Of a stretch of DNA of 56,771 nt, positions 45,010-52,929 are shown piece by piece. The notes under the pieces were generated by a model. The model had not been told where the DNA came from, did not search any database, and was given only the letters and a program-made list of their open reading frames with translations. The DNA comes from Bryobacterales bacterium (GTDB lineage: Bacteria; Acidobacteriota; Terriglobia; Bryobacterales; Bryobacteraceae). Location of the stretch: NCBI GenBank assembly GCA_030693045.1, contig JAUYBU010000048.1, positions 1 through 56,771 of the forward strand, written 5' to 3'. Numbering within the stretch: the first letter of the stretch is position 1; every line of letters begins with the position of its first letter. The translations under genes were made by a program, and so were the position numbers.

Positions 45010-45435
45010 ATGTCGATCAAACAGGCCAGTTACCTTCTTCACCTGCAAACCCGCGGCAAGGGGCTCTACGAGTTCACCGGCCAGGTGGCGGCGTGGCTTC
45101 GAGAACGGGGCGCGGACAACGGGCTGCTGACGATTTTTTGCCAGCACACGTCGGCCTCCCTGGTCATTCAAGAGAACGCCGACCCGGATGTGATGACCGA
45201 TCTGGACGACTTTTTCAGCCGCATCGCGCCGGAAGACAGTCGTCTGTACAAGCACACCATCGAGGGTCCCGACGATATGCCGGCCCACATCCGCGCCGCG
45301 CTCACGCAGACGCAAGTGTCGATCCCGGTGGTCGAGGGCCGCATGGCGCTCGGCGCCTGGCAGGGCATCTTTCTGTTCGAGCACCGCGCGGGCAGCCACC
45401 GCCGCAGCGTCCTGTTGCACCTGATGGGCCAATAG
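45010..45435 (+). CDS. YjbQ/UPF0047 family protein (secondary thiamine-phosphate synthase)
   Basis: Start trimmed to MSIKQASYLL (ATG 45010). CQHTSASLVIQENADPDV and GPDDMPAHIRAAL are family motifs. Confidence 0.85.
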   Translation: MSIKQASYLLHLQTRGKGLYEFTGQVAAWLRERGADNGLLTIFCQHTSASLVIQENADPDVMTDLDDFFSRIAPEDSRLYKHTIEGPDDMPAHIRAALTQTQVSIPVVEGRMALGAWQGIFLFEHRAGSHRRSVLLHLMGQ

Positions 45436-45495
45436 GGCGCTCGCATCTGGGTTATCATGTCCTCATCAGGACGTTTCACGTCACAAGGAGCGGCG

Positions 45496-46473
45496 ATGAG
45501 CATTTCACGACGAGAGTTTCTGGAGACCGCGGCGGTGGGCGCGGTGGCGGCGAACGCGGTCGCGGAAGTCGACGCAAAGACCGGGATGCCGATGCGCGTT
45601 CTGGGGCGCACCGGCTTCAAGGTGTCGCTTCTCGGGTTCGGCGGGGGCAGCCGGTTCCTCATGTACAAGGAGGAGGACAAGGCCGCCCAAGCGCTGCACA
45701 AGGCGCTCGACCTGGGCATCAATTATGTCGACTCAGCGGCGACTTACGGCGATGGGAAGAGCGAGGAATTCATCGGCAAGTTTCTGGGCCAGCGGCGCAA
45801 GGACGTCTGGCTGGTCACCAAGGTCGGCCCGCGCAAGGGGGACGAGGCCATGCGCCAGATCGAGCGCAGCCTCAAGCTGCTGCGCACCGACCATGTGAAT
45901 CTGCTGCACATCCACAGCCTGCTGGACGAGAAGGACCTGGGCGAGATCCAAGCCAAGGACGGCGTGCTGAACGTGCTTTACAAACTGCGCGACCAGAAGG
46001 TCGCGCGGAATATCGGCATCACCTGCCACGGCGACCCGGCGGTTCTCAAGTTGGCGCTCGAGCGGCACGACTTCGACTCCACGCAGATGGCGCTCAACGC
46101 GGCCAGACAGGGCCAGGGGCGCGGCGGCGGAGCGCCGAAGCCGGGCGAGCCGCTGCCGGAAGGCAGTTTTGAAACCGTCGCGCTGCCGGTGGCTTTGAAG
46201 AAGAAAATGGGCATCACCGCCATGAAGGTATTTGCCCAGGAGCGGATCGTCGGCAAGGCGCCGGTGGAGAAACTGCTGAGCTATGTGTGGTCGCTCCCGG
46301 TGGCGGCGGCGATGGCCGGCATGCCGAAGCTGGAGCACATCGAGGAGAACATCCGCCTCGCCAAAGCGTTCAAACCGATGCCGCCCGCCGAAATGCGCTT
46401 CCTTTCCGCGAACCTCTCCGAGCGGTACAAATTGGCCATCGACCGGTACTTCCTGGACCACGTCGACGCATAG
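45496..46473 (+). CDS. aldo/keto reductase, Tat signal
   Basis: ATG 45496 with AAGGAG upstream. MSISRREFLETAAVGAVAANA signal. GINYVDSAATYG and LLHIHS are AKR motifs. Confidence 0.85.
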   Translation: MSISRREFLETAAVGAVAANAVAEVDAKTGMPMRVLGRTGFKVSLLGFGGGSRFLMYKEEDKAAQALHKALDLGINYVDSAATYGDGKSEEFIGKFLGQRRKDVWLVTKVGPRKGDEAMRQIERSLKLLRTDHVNLLHIHSLLDEKDLGEIQAKDGVLNVLYKLRDQKVARNIGITCHGDPAVLKLALERHDFDSTQMALNAARQGQGRGGGAPKPGEPLPEGSFETVALPVALKKKMGITAMKVFAQERIVGKAPVEKLLSYVWSLPVAAAMAGMPKLEHIEENIRLAKAFKPMPPAEMRFLSANLSERYKLAIDRYFLDHVDA

Positions 46474-46669
46474 GGCGGGGCAGGCGGTTCCGCCTGTCTG
46501 GCACGCCAAACGGCCCGCCCCAGTGTGCCCGGAAGGAGCGGGCCCCGGCGTGAGACCGGACAGCCGCAGCAGACTATCGGGTCGATTACTTCCTTGACTT
46601 GGCCTCCCGTCACGTGTTTGAATTTCTATCGAGGCGATAATCACCATCAACTCGCATGGTGAGGGTACC

Positions 46670-47098
46670 GTGAAAATCAGCACCAGGGTGCAATACGCAC
46701 TTCGCATGATGGCCGACGTTGCCAGGAACGGCGGCCAGGGAGAAGTTGTACCCGTCGGAGACATCGCCCGCCGCCAGAATCTCTCCAGGCTCTATCTTTC
46801 CCAACTGACGGTCCCGCTCAAGAACGCCGGCTTGCTGAAGAGCGTTTGGGGCAACAAAGGGGGCTTCGTACTTGGCCGGCCGGCAGGAGTAATCAAGGTG
46901 CTGGACATCATGGAGGCCGTGGACGGCCCGGTCTGCCTGATCGACTGCATTTACGATCCCACCTACTGCGATCGAACCGCGAATTGCGAATGCATACGAG
47001 TCTGGCGCGAGGTCAACGAAGGGATCGTCCGGACTCTGTCGAGTTGCACGCTGGAAGATCTCATCCACCCCAAAATAAACTCTGGAGCCCGGTCATGA
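46670..47098 (+). CDS. Rrf2-family transcriptional regulator (Cys-rich, probably cluster-binding)
   Basis: GTG start. MKISTRVQYALRMMADVA wHTH N-terminus. Cys cluster CLIDCIYDPTYCDRTANCEC at the position of the IscR/NsrR ligands. Confidence 0.85.
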   Translation: MKISTRVQYALRMMADVARNGGQGEVVPVGDIARRQNLSRLYLSQLTVPLKNAGLLKSVWGNKGGFVLGRPAGVIKVLDIMEAVDGPVCLIDCIYDPTYCDRTANCECIRVWREVNEGIVRTLSSCTLEDLIHPKINSGARS

Positions 47099-47646
47099 CC
47101 GCAACCGCGACGGCTACCACGCCGATCGAGAGGAAAGTGCACCAGACCGTCGTCCGCCTCATGCAAGGGGACCTGACGGCGCTGGAGGTAGACGCCTTCG
47201 TCCACTACGCCAAGGAGAATCTGGAACTCGGTTCCGGCTACGGGACCGCCATCCAGAGCCGCGGGGGCGGAGCGGTGAAGAAGGAAGTGGAAAAGATCGG
47301 CGGCATCCGGATGGGCGAGGCGGTGATGACCACGGCCGGCGGGATGGCGGCGAAACATATCATTCACGCCTGCGGGCCGAAATTCCAGGAATCGGACACG
47401 GAGGGCAAACTCCGCGACTGCATGAATTCGGCGCTGCAAATCGCCCGGGAGAACGGCCTGAAAAGCGTCGCCTTCCCGCCCATGGGCGCCGGGTTCTATG
47501 GCGTGCCCCTGGCGCTTTCCGCGCAAGTGATGATCGACGCGATCCGCAGCGCCGCCGCGGCCGGGACGCCGCCCGAAGTGATCATCATCTGCACGGTTGA
47601 CGGACGCGACTTCCTGGCATTCAAGAACCAGGTCGGGGCTCTTTGA
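47095..47646 (+). CDS. macro-domain protein (divergent motifs)
   Basis: The ATG overlaps the Rrf2 stop (ATGA). LMQGDLTALEVDAFVHYAKENLELGSGYGTAI...HIIHACGPKF aligns to the macro-domain pattern (qGDIt..vDAIVNAAN..l.gGgGV.gAI...HavGP), but the NAAN position reads HYAK. Confidence 0.75.
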   Translation: MTATATATTPIERKVHQTVVRLMQGDLTALEVDAFVHYAKENLELGSGYGTAIQSRGGGAVKKEVEKIGGIRMGEAVMTTAGGMAAKHIIHACGPKFQESDTEGKLRDCMNSALQIARENGLKSVAFPPMGAGFYGVPLALSAQVMIDAIRSAAAAGTPPEVIIICTVDGRDFLAFKNQVGAL

Positions 47647-47658
47647 CGAAAGGACGGC

Positions 47659-48351
47659 ATGGAATTGGATACCACTAGCCCGCTCTTGCACTTCGCGGAA
47701 GACAAGCTTCAGATCTTCGCGCTGTCCTTCAAGGCGCTGGTCTACATCCTGAAGATTCGCTGGATATTGAAATTTCCCGCCGGCAAAGACCGCCAGGCGC
47801 CCGGCGGGAGCCCTGACACGAGCGCGCAAAAGGGAGCGATCCACTCCCTATTTAACATCGCGTTGCCCTGGGAGATGGCCAGCACGCGCCAGCACCCATT
47901 CTTCTATGTCCAATTCGTGATCTTCCACATTGGCGTCGCCGCCTCCATTCTCATGTCGCTTCTAATTCCCTACGTTCCGGAATGGATCGCGGGCAGGGCC
48001 GCGGTGGTCGCGCTTCAGTCGATCTTCGCCGCGGCATTCCTGGTGGGGCTGGTCCGAATGGCGCGGCGTCTCACCGATCCATACATCCGCGGCATCAGCA
48101 CCCCGGACGATTATTTCTCGCTGGCACTGCTGGTGGTCTGGCTCGGGTTCAGTTTTCTGGCGGCGCCGAATGACCGTCAGTCCGGCGAGTGGCCGCTGCT
48201 GGCGTACTTCTTCCTGACGGCCTTCTTCCTGGTTTACGTTCCTTTCAGCAAGATCTCGCACTATCTTTTCTACCCGTTCGCGCGCTGGTATCTCGGCAGG
48301 ACGCTGGGGCACAGAGGCGTTTATCCGGTGAAATCGGGGGCGCGCGCATGA
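47659..48351 (+). CDS. NarI/DsrM-like membrane protein (nitrate reductase gamma-subunit fold), copy 1
   Basis: 230 aa and about 5 TM helices. Conserved His in helices (VIFHIG; FSKISHYLFYPF) resemble the heme-b ligand positions of the NarI/DsrM/HmeC family. Confidence 0.65.
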   Translation: MELDTTSPLLHFAEDKLQIFALSFKALVYILKIRWILKFPAGKDRQAPGGSPDTSAQKGAIHSLFNIALPWEMASTRQHPFFYVQFVIFHIGVAASILMSLLIPYVPEWIAGRAAVVALQSIFAAAFLVGLVRMARRLTDPYIRGISTPDDYFSLALLVVWLGFSFLAAPNDRQSGEWPLLAYFFLTAFFLVYVPFSKISHYLFYPFARWYLGRTLGHRGVYPVKSGARA

Positions 48352-50075
48352 GCGAGACAAGATCCTACAAGGCGCAGAAACTGGTCGAGCGGCTGCAAGT
48401 CAAGGTCAACCGCCAGATCATGCTCTCGCTCGAGGCGTGCGTGCATTGCGGCCTATGCACGGACCAATGCCACTACGTGCTGTCCAATCCGGGAGACGTG
48501 ACTTATGCCCCGGCCTACAAGGCGGACAGAATCCGAAAGCTGTTCAAGGCGCACATCGACTGGACGGGCAAGACGCTCCCCTGGTGGGTCGGCGCCAAGA
48601 GCGTTTACACGGACCAGGAATTGGAGGATCTCAAGGACACGGTCTTCGGCAAATGCACCAACTGCCGGCGCTGTTCGCTCAACTGCCCGATGGGCGTCGA
48701 CATGGCGGTATTCAACCGCATGGCGCGCGGGTTGCTGGTGCATGTCGGCGTGATGCCCGAGGGCGTGGCGGTGGTGGCCAAGGACCAGTGGGAAATCGGC
48801 AACCAGATGGGAGTGCTCAAGGAAGACTACCTCGAGACACTCACTTGGATGGAGGAAGAGTTACAGTCCGAGTACAACGATCACTCGATCCGGATTCCGA
48901 TCGACAAGATGGATGCCGATGTGGTCTACTCGATCAATCCGCGCGAGGCCAAATACGACCCTCGCACGATTGCCGAGGCGGCGGCCATCTTCCACTTCGC
49001 CGGCGAAAACTGGACCATGCCCAGCCAAGGCTGGGACATGACTAACTTCGGCCTGTTTAACGGCGACGACGAGTTGGGCGGCGCGGTGGGCGGCCGGTTG
49101 TATGACGCGGTCGAGCGGCTGCGCGGCAAGAAGCTGGTGATTTCCGAATGCGGGCACGGGTTCCGCTCGACCCGCTGCGAAGCGCCGAACTGGGGCAAGC
49201 GGGACGTGGCTTTCCCGATGGAAAGCGCCGTCATCACCATGCTCGGCTACATCAAGCAAGGCCGCATCCAGGTGGACAAGAGCAAGAACTCCGAGCCGGT
49301 TACCTACCACGATTCCTGCAACAACGCACGCAGTTGCGGCATGACGGAGGAACCTCGCGAACTGCTGAACCTGGTGTGTTCGGATTTCCGCGAGATGCAC
49401 CCCAACCGCGCCGAGAACTTCTGCTGCACCGGCGGCGGCGGCGCGATGTCGATGACCGAGTACGCTCCGCGGCGTCTCAAGTCGGCCCGGATCAAGGCCG
49501 ATCAACTGAAGGCCACCGGCGCTAAGATCGTTGTCACTTCCTGTCACAACTGCGTGGATGGCCTGTTCGATCTGATCAAGCACTACAAGCTCGACATGCA
49601 GGTGAAACTGCTGGTGAACCTGGTTGCCAGCGCGCTGGTGGTTCCGGAACGCCCCTCCAGGAAGATGAGGCCGCTGGAGGGATACAAGATTCTGGTCATC
49701 GACGACGAGCCGGATATCAGGGTCTACCTGGGCAAGATCTTCAAGGATCAGGGCTGCCTGGTCACCGAAGCGCCCGACGCCAACCAGGGCATGCGCGCCA
49801 TCAAGGCCGACAGACCCGATCTGGTCACGCTGGACCTGATTCTCCCTTACATGACGGGCGAGAAGCTGTACTGGGAATTGCGCAAGGACCAGAAGACCGC
49901 GGACCTGCCGGTGGTTATCGTGTCCGGGTATGCGGCGGTGGACTCGCCGAGGATCGACTTCTTCGGATTCCTTGCCGAAAAGCGTCTGCCGCAGCCCAAC
50001 GGATTCCTAGAAAAGCCGGTTGACCCGGAGAAGTTGATCGAGACGGTGCGGGCCGTTCTCCTGGAGAAGGCGTGA
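48348..50075 (+). CDS. HdrD/DsrK-like CCG-domain iron-sulfur protein fused to a C-terminal response-regulator receiver domain
   Basis: The ATG overlaps the upstream stop (ATGA). Two ferredoxin-type motifs (CVHCGLCTDQC, CTNCRRCSLNCP). CCG-type motifs (ECGHG, HDSCN, FCCTGGGG, SCHNC). The C-terminal about 125 aa, KILVIDDEPDIR...DLVTLDLILP...VVIVSG...EKP, has all canonical receiver residues. Confidence 0.8.
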   Translation: MSETRSYKAQKLVERLQVKVNRQIMLSLEACVHCGLCTDQCHYVLSNPGDVTYAPAYKADRIRKLFKAHIDWTGKTLPWWVGAKSVYTDQELEDLKDTVFGKCTNCRRCSLNCPMGVDMAVFNRMARGLLVHVGVMPEGVAVVAKDQWEIGNQMGVLKEDYLETLTWMEEELQSEYNDHSIRIPIDKMDADVVYSINPREAKYDPRTIAEAAAIFHFAGENWTMPSQGWDMTNFGLFNGDDELGGAVGGRLYDAVERLRGKKLVISECGHGFRSTRCEAPNWGKRDVAFPMESAVITMLGYIKQGRIQVDKSKNSEPVTYHDSCNNARSCGMTEEPRELLNLVCSDFREMHPNRAENFCCTGGGGAMSMTEYAPRRLKSARIKADQLKATGAKIVVTSCHNCVDGLFDLIKHYKLDMQVKLLVNLVASALVVPERPSRKMRPLEGYKILVIDDEPDIRVYLGKIFKDQGCLVTEAPDANQGMRAIKADRPDLVTLDLILPYMTGEKLYWELRKDQKTADLPVVIVSGYAAVDSPRIDFFGFLAEKRLPQPNGFLEKPVDPEKLIETVRAVLLEKA

Positions 50076-50080
50076 GACCC

Positions 50081-50171
50081 AATTTCGGGGACAGGCTACG
50101 AAATCCCGAAACTCGGCTTCGCGTCGCTGCCGGCAGGGTATTTCGGGATTTCGTAGCCTGTCCCCGAAATT
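50081..50171. repeat. 31-bp perfect inverted repeat
   Basis: AATTTCGGGGACAGGCTACGAAATCCCGAAA at 50081-50111 and its exact reverse complement at 50141-50171, with a 29-nt loop. It starts 6 nt after the stop at 50075 and ends 22 nt before the kinase ATG. Confidence 0.9.
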
Positions 50172-50192
50172 CGCTCTGAAAGGACGGTCGCA

Positions 50193-51629
50193 ATGACGGT
50201 TCAGCTCGACGGACTGGAAAACGCCGGCAGGCGGCTGTTTGACGAAGCTCCCTGCTACATCTCGATTCAGGACCGGGAATTTCGCGTTATCGACGCGAAC
50301 CGGGCGGTGTTGGAGGGGTTCGGCGACGCGATCTCCAAGAACTGCTATGCGGTCTTCAAGGGCCGGCGGGAGCGCTGCACGGAATGCCCGGTGGCGCACA
50401 CTTTCGAAGACGGCCGCGAACACTGCATCGAGGAAGTGATCTTCGACAGCCGGGGCTTGCCGCACGAGGTGATTGTCCGCACGCGGCCGCTGCGTGATGC
50501 GAGCGGCGCTGTCACGGCGGTGATGCAACTGTTCACCGACATTACCGTGCAGAAGGAATTGGAACACCGCCTGCACGAAAGCCTCAATCGTTTTCACAGC
50601 CTCTTCGACATTTCGCCTTGCTTCGTTTCGGTCCAGAACCGGGACCTGCGCGTGGTGGAGGCGAACACCCAATTCAAAGAGACTTTCGGAAACCCGGCGG
50701 GCAGACACTGCTACGAGATCTACAAGCGACACAAGGAGCGTTGCCCCGAGTGTCCGGTGCTGGAGTCATTCGCCGACGGCAAGGCGCATACCCGCGAGAG
50801 CGTCTGGGTGGACAGAAGCGGAAAAGAAGTGTTGGTGGTGGTGCAGACGGCGCCGATCCGCGACTCCCTCGGCAATGTCGTCGATGTGATGAAGGTGTCC
50901 ACCGACATCACCGAGGTCCGCGTGCTTCAGGACCAGCTCGCCTCTCTGGGCAAACTGGTCGGCGGCATCGCCCACAGCGTCAAGAACGTGCTCGAGGGGT
51001 TGCGCGGCGGCGTCTATATCGTCAATCTCGGGTTCCGCGATAACAATCAGGAGGACATTCGCACGGGCTGGGCCATGGTGGAGCGAAACGTCGCACGCAT
51101 CTCCAGCATGGTGATGGACATGCTCTACTGCGCCAAGGACCGCTCGCCGCGCCGGCTTCCGGTTTCGCTTCCCTCCGTGCTGGGCGAGGTTGTCGAGCTG
51201 TTCCGGCCACGCGCGACCGAATGCGGCATCCGGCTGGAAACGGAGGTCGCCGAGGGAGATTGCGTCGTGCCCGGCGAGCCGAAGGACATCCACTCGCTGA
51301 TCTCGAACCTGATCACGAACGCCATTGACGCATGTTGTTCCGAGCAGGACGGGAAGAAGCCGCACCGCGTGCTGGCGCGCGTACGCCGCGACGGAGATTG
51401 GGCCGTGCTGGAAGTGGAAGACAACGGCGCGGGCATGGACGAAGAGGCGCACGGGAAGCTGTTCACCACCTTCTACTCGACCAAGGGCGCATACGGCACC
51501 GGCCTGGGATTGCTGGTTTCCCACAAAGTGGCGACCGAGCATGGCGGAACGATTTCGGCCCGGTCGGCGCCGGGTGAAGGCGCCACATTCACGGTGAAAC
51601 TCCCCCTCCAAACCGGAGAGACCAAATGA
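50193..51629 (+). CDS. sensor histidine kinase with two Cys-rich PAS-like modules (cytoplasmic)
   Basis: 478 aa with no TM segment. Two similar N-terminal modules, each with 4 Cys. H-box IAHSVKNVLEGL, N-box ITNAIDAC, G-boxes EDNGAGMD and GTGLGL. Confidence 0.85.
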   Translation: MTVQLDGLENAGRRLFDEAPCYISIQDREFRVIDANRAVLEGFGDAISKNCYAVFKGRRERCTECPVAHTFEDGREHCIEEVIFDSRGLPHEVIVRTRPLRDASGAVTAVMQLFTDITVQKELEHRLHESLNRFHSLFDISPCFVSVQNRDLRVVEANTQFKETFGNPAGRHCYEIYKRHKERCPECPVLESFADGKAHTRESVWVDRSGKEVLVVVQTAPIRDSLGNVVDVMKVSTDITEVRVLQDQLASLGKLVGGIAHSVKNVLEGLRGGVYIVNLGFRDNNQEDIRTGWAMVERNVARISSMVMDMLYCAKDRSPRRLPVSLPSVLGEVVELFRPRATECGIRLETEVAEGDCVVPGEPKDIHSLISNLITNAIDACCSEQDGKKPHRVLARVRRDGDWAVLEVEDNGAGMDEEAHGKLFTTFYSTKGAYGTGLGLLVSHKVATEHGGTISARSAPGEGATFTVKLPLQTGETK

Positions 51630-52030
51630 AGAAGATACTCGTCGTTGACGATGAAGAAGACGTTCGCACTTACCTTGGCAGGCTCTTCCAGGAGAGCGGC
51701 TATGAGGTCGCCTGCGCCGGTGACGGCAACCAGGCGCTCGAGCAGGTCGAGAAGGAAAGACCGGACCTCATCACGCTCGATCTTTCGATGCCCGCGAAGT
51801 CGGGAGTGAAGTTTTACCGCGAGATCAAGGCGAAACCGGAACTGAGCGGCGTCGCGGTGGTTCTTGTAACCGGCGTCACCGGTCCGGGCGGTAGTGCGGC
51901 CGACACCGAGCGCTTTTACAGCACCAGGCGCCAGACGCCACCGCCGGACGGTTTCATAGCCAAGCCCATAGACCGCGAGGAAATACTCGACATCGTGAGC
52001 CGGCTGATTGGCCCCGGAGAACGGGCATGA
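51626..52030 (+). CDS. single-domain response regulator (receiver only)
   Basis: The ATG overlaps the kinase stop (ATGA). KILVVDDEEDVR...DLITLDLSMP...VLVTG...AKP. Confidence 0.9.
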   Translation: MKKILVVDDEEDVRTYLGRLFQESGYEVACAGDGNQALEQVEKERPDLITLDLSMPAKSGVKFYREIKAKPELSGVAVVLVTGVTGPGGSAADTERFYSTRRQTPPPDGFIAKPIDREEILDIVSRLIGPGERA

Positions 52031-52929
52031 CGCTGGCCGTGTATGTGATCATCTATGCCGCCGCGCTGGTCTTCCTGATCGCCTCGGTGGTGCGCGCGGT
52101 CCGGTACGCCAGGCTTCCGCTGCATTTGCGCTGGGAACTGTACCCTGTACCTCACGAGGAGCCCGAACGCGTGAAGCACGGAGGTTCTTACTTCGAAAAA
52201 GTGGACTGGTGGGAGAAACCGACTCACTTCAACTGGTGGGGCGAGGTGAAATTCATGACCCCCGAGATGCTCTTTCTGAAGGGCCTTTGGGAGTTCAATC
52301 GCAGTCTCTGGTTCCGCTCGTTCCCGTTCCATTTCGGCTTGTACCTGGTCCTCGCCACGATCGGGCTTCTGATCGCCAGCGTGCTGATTGGAACCTCCGC
52401 GCTGCACGCCTGCTACATGCTGACCGGGATCGCCGGCGCGGCGTTGACGGTTGCGGGCGCACTGGGCTTGCTCCTGCGCCGGTTGACGGACCCGAACCTC
52501 AAGAACGGCACTACGCCGGCCGACATATTCAACCTGGTATTCTTCGTCGTGGTCTTCGGCCTGCTCGCCGCCGGTTACCTGACGGCGGGGGCGAGCTTTC
52601 CGGGCATGTTGGTGCTGGTGCACGGCCTGCTGACTTTCAATGTGAGCGTCGATATCCCGCTGGTGCTCGCAGCGGGCCTGGTGCTGGGCGCTCTTCTCGC
52701 CGCTTACATCCCGCTTACTCACATGTCGCACTTCATCGCGAAGTACTTCACCTATCACTCGATACGCTGGGACGACGCGCCGAATCGTGGCGACGTCAGG
52801 CTGGCGAGGAGGATCGCCGCGAACCTTACTTACCGGCCGACATGGGCGGCGCCTCATATCGGCGCCGATGGCAAGAAGACCTGGGCCGAAATCGCGACCA
52901 CGAATCCAGCGTCAGGGACGAAGAAATGA
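52027..52929 (+). CDS. NarI/DsrM-like membrane protein, copy 2
   Basis: The ATG overlaps the upstream stop (ATGA). 300 aa, multi-TM. FPFHFGLY and IPLTHMSHFIAKYFTYHSIRWDD are typical of the DsrM/HmeC-type family. Confidence 0.75.
   Translation: MTLAVYVIIYAAALVFLIASVVRAVRYARLPLHLRWELYPVPHEEPERVKHGGSYFEKVDWWEKPTHFNWWGEVKFMTPEMLFLKGLWEFNRSLWFRSFPFHFGLYLVLATIGLLIASVLIGTSALHACYMLTGIAGAALTVAGALGLLLRRLTDPNLKNGTTPADIFNLVFFVVVFGLLAAGYLTAGASFPGMLVLVHGLLTFNVSVDIPLVLAAGLVLGALLAAYIPLTHMSHFIAKYFTYHSIRWDDAPNRGDVRLARRIAANLTYRPTWAAPHIGADGKKTWAEIATTNPASGTKK

Noticed and set aside
46474-46669. Promoter or operator for the Rrf2-led cluster (TTGACT at about 46595, GATAAT at about 46636, small TATCG/CGATA palindrome) and a hairpin CAGGCGG-tt-CCGCCTG after the upstream AKR gene
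   Set aside because: The spacing of the -35/-10-like hexamers does not give a convincing sigma-70 promoter. The palindrome is only 5 bp, and the hairpin has a 2-nt loop and no U-tract. The evidence is too weak to annotate.
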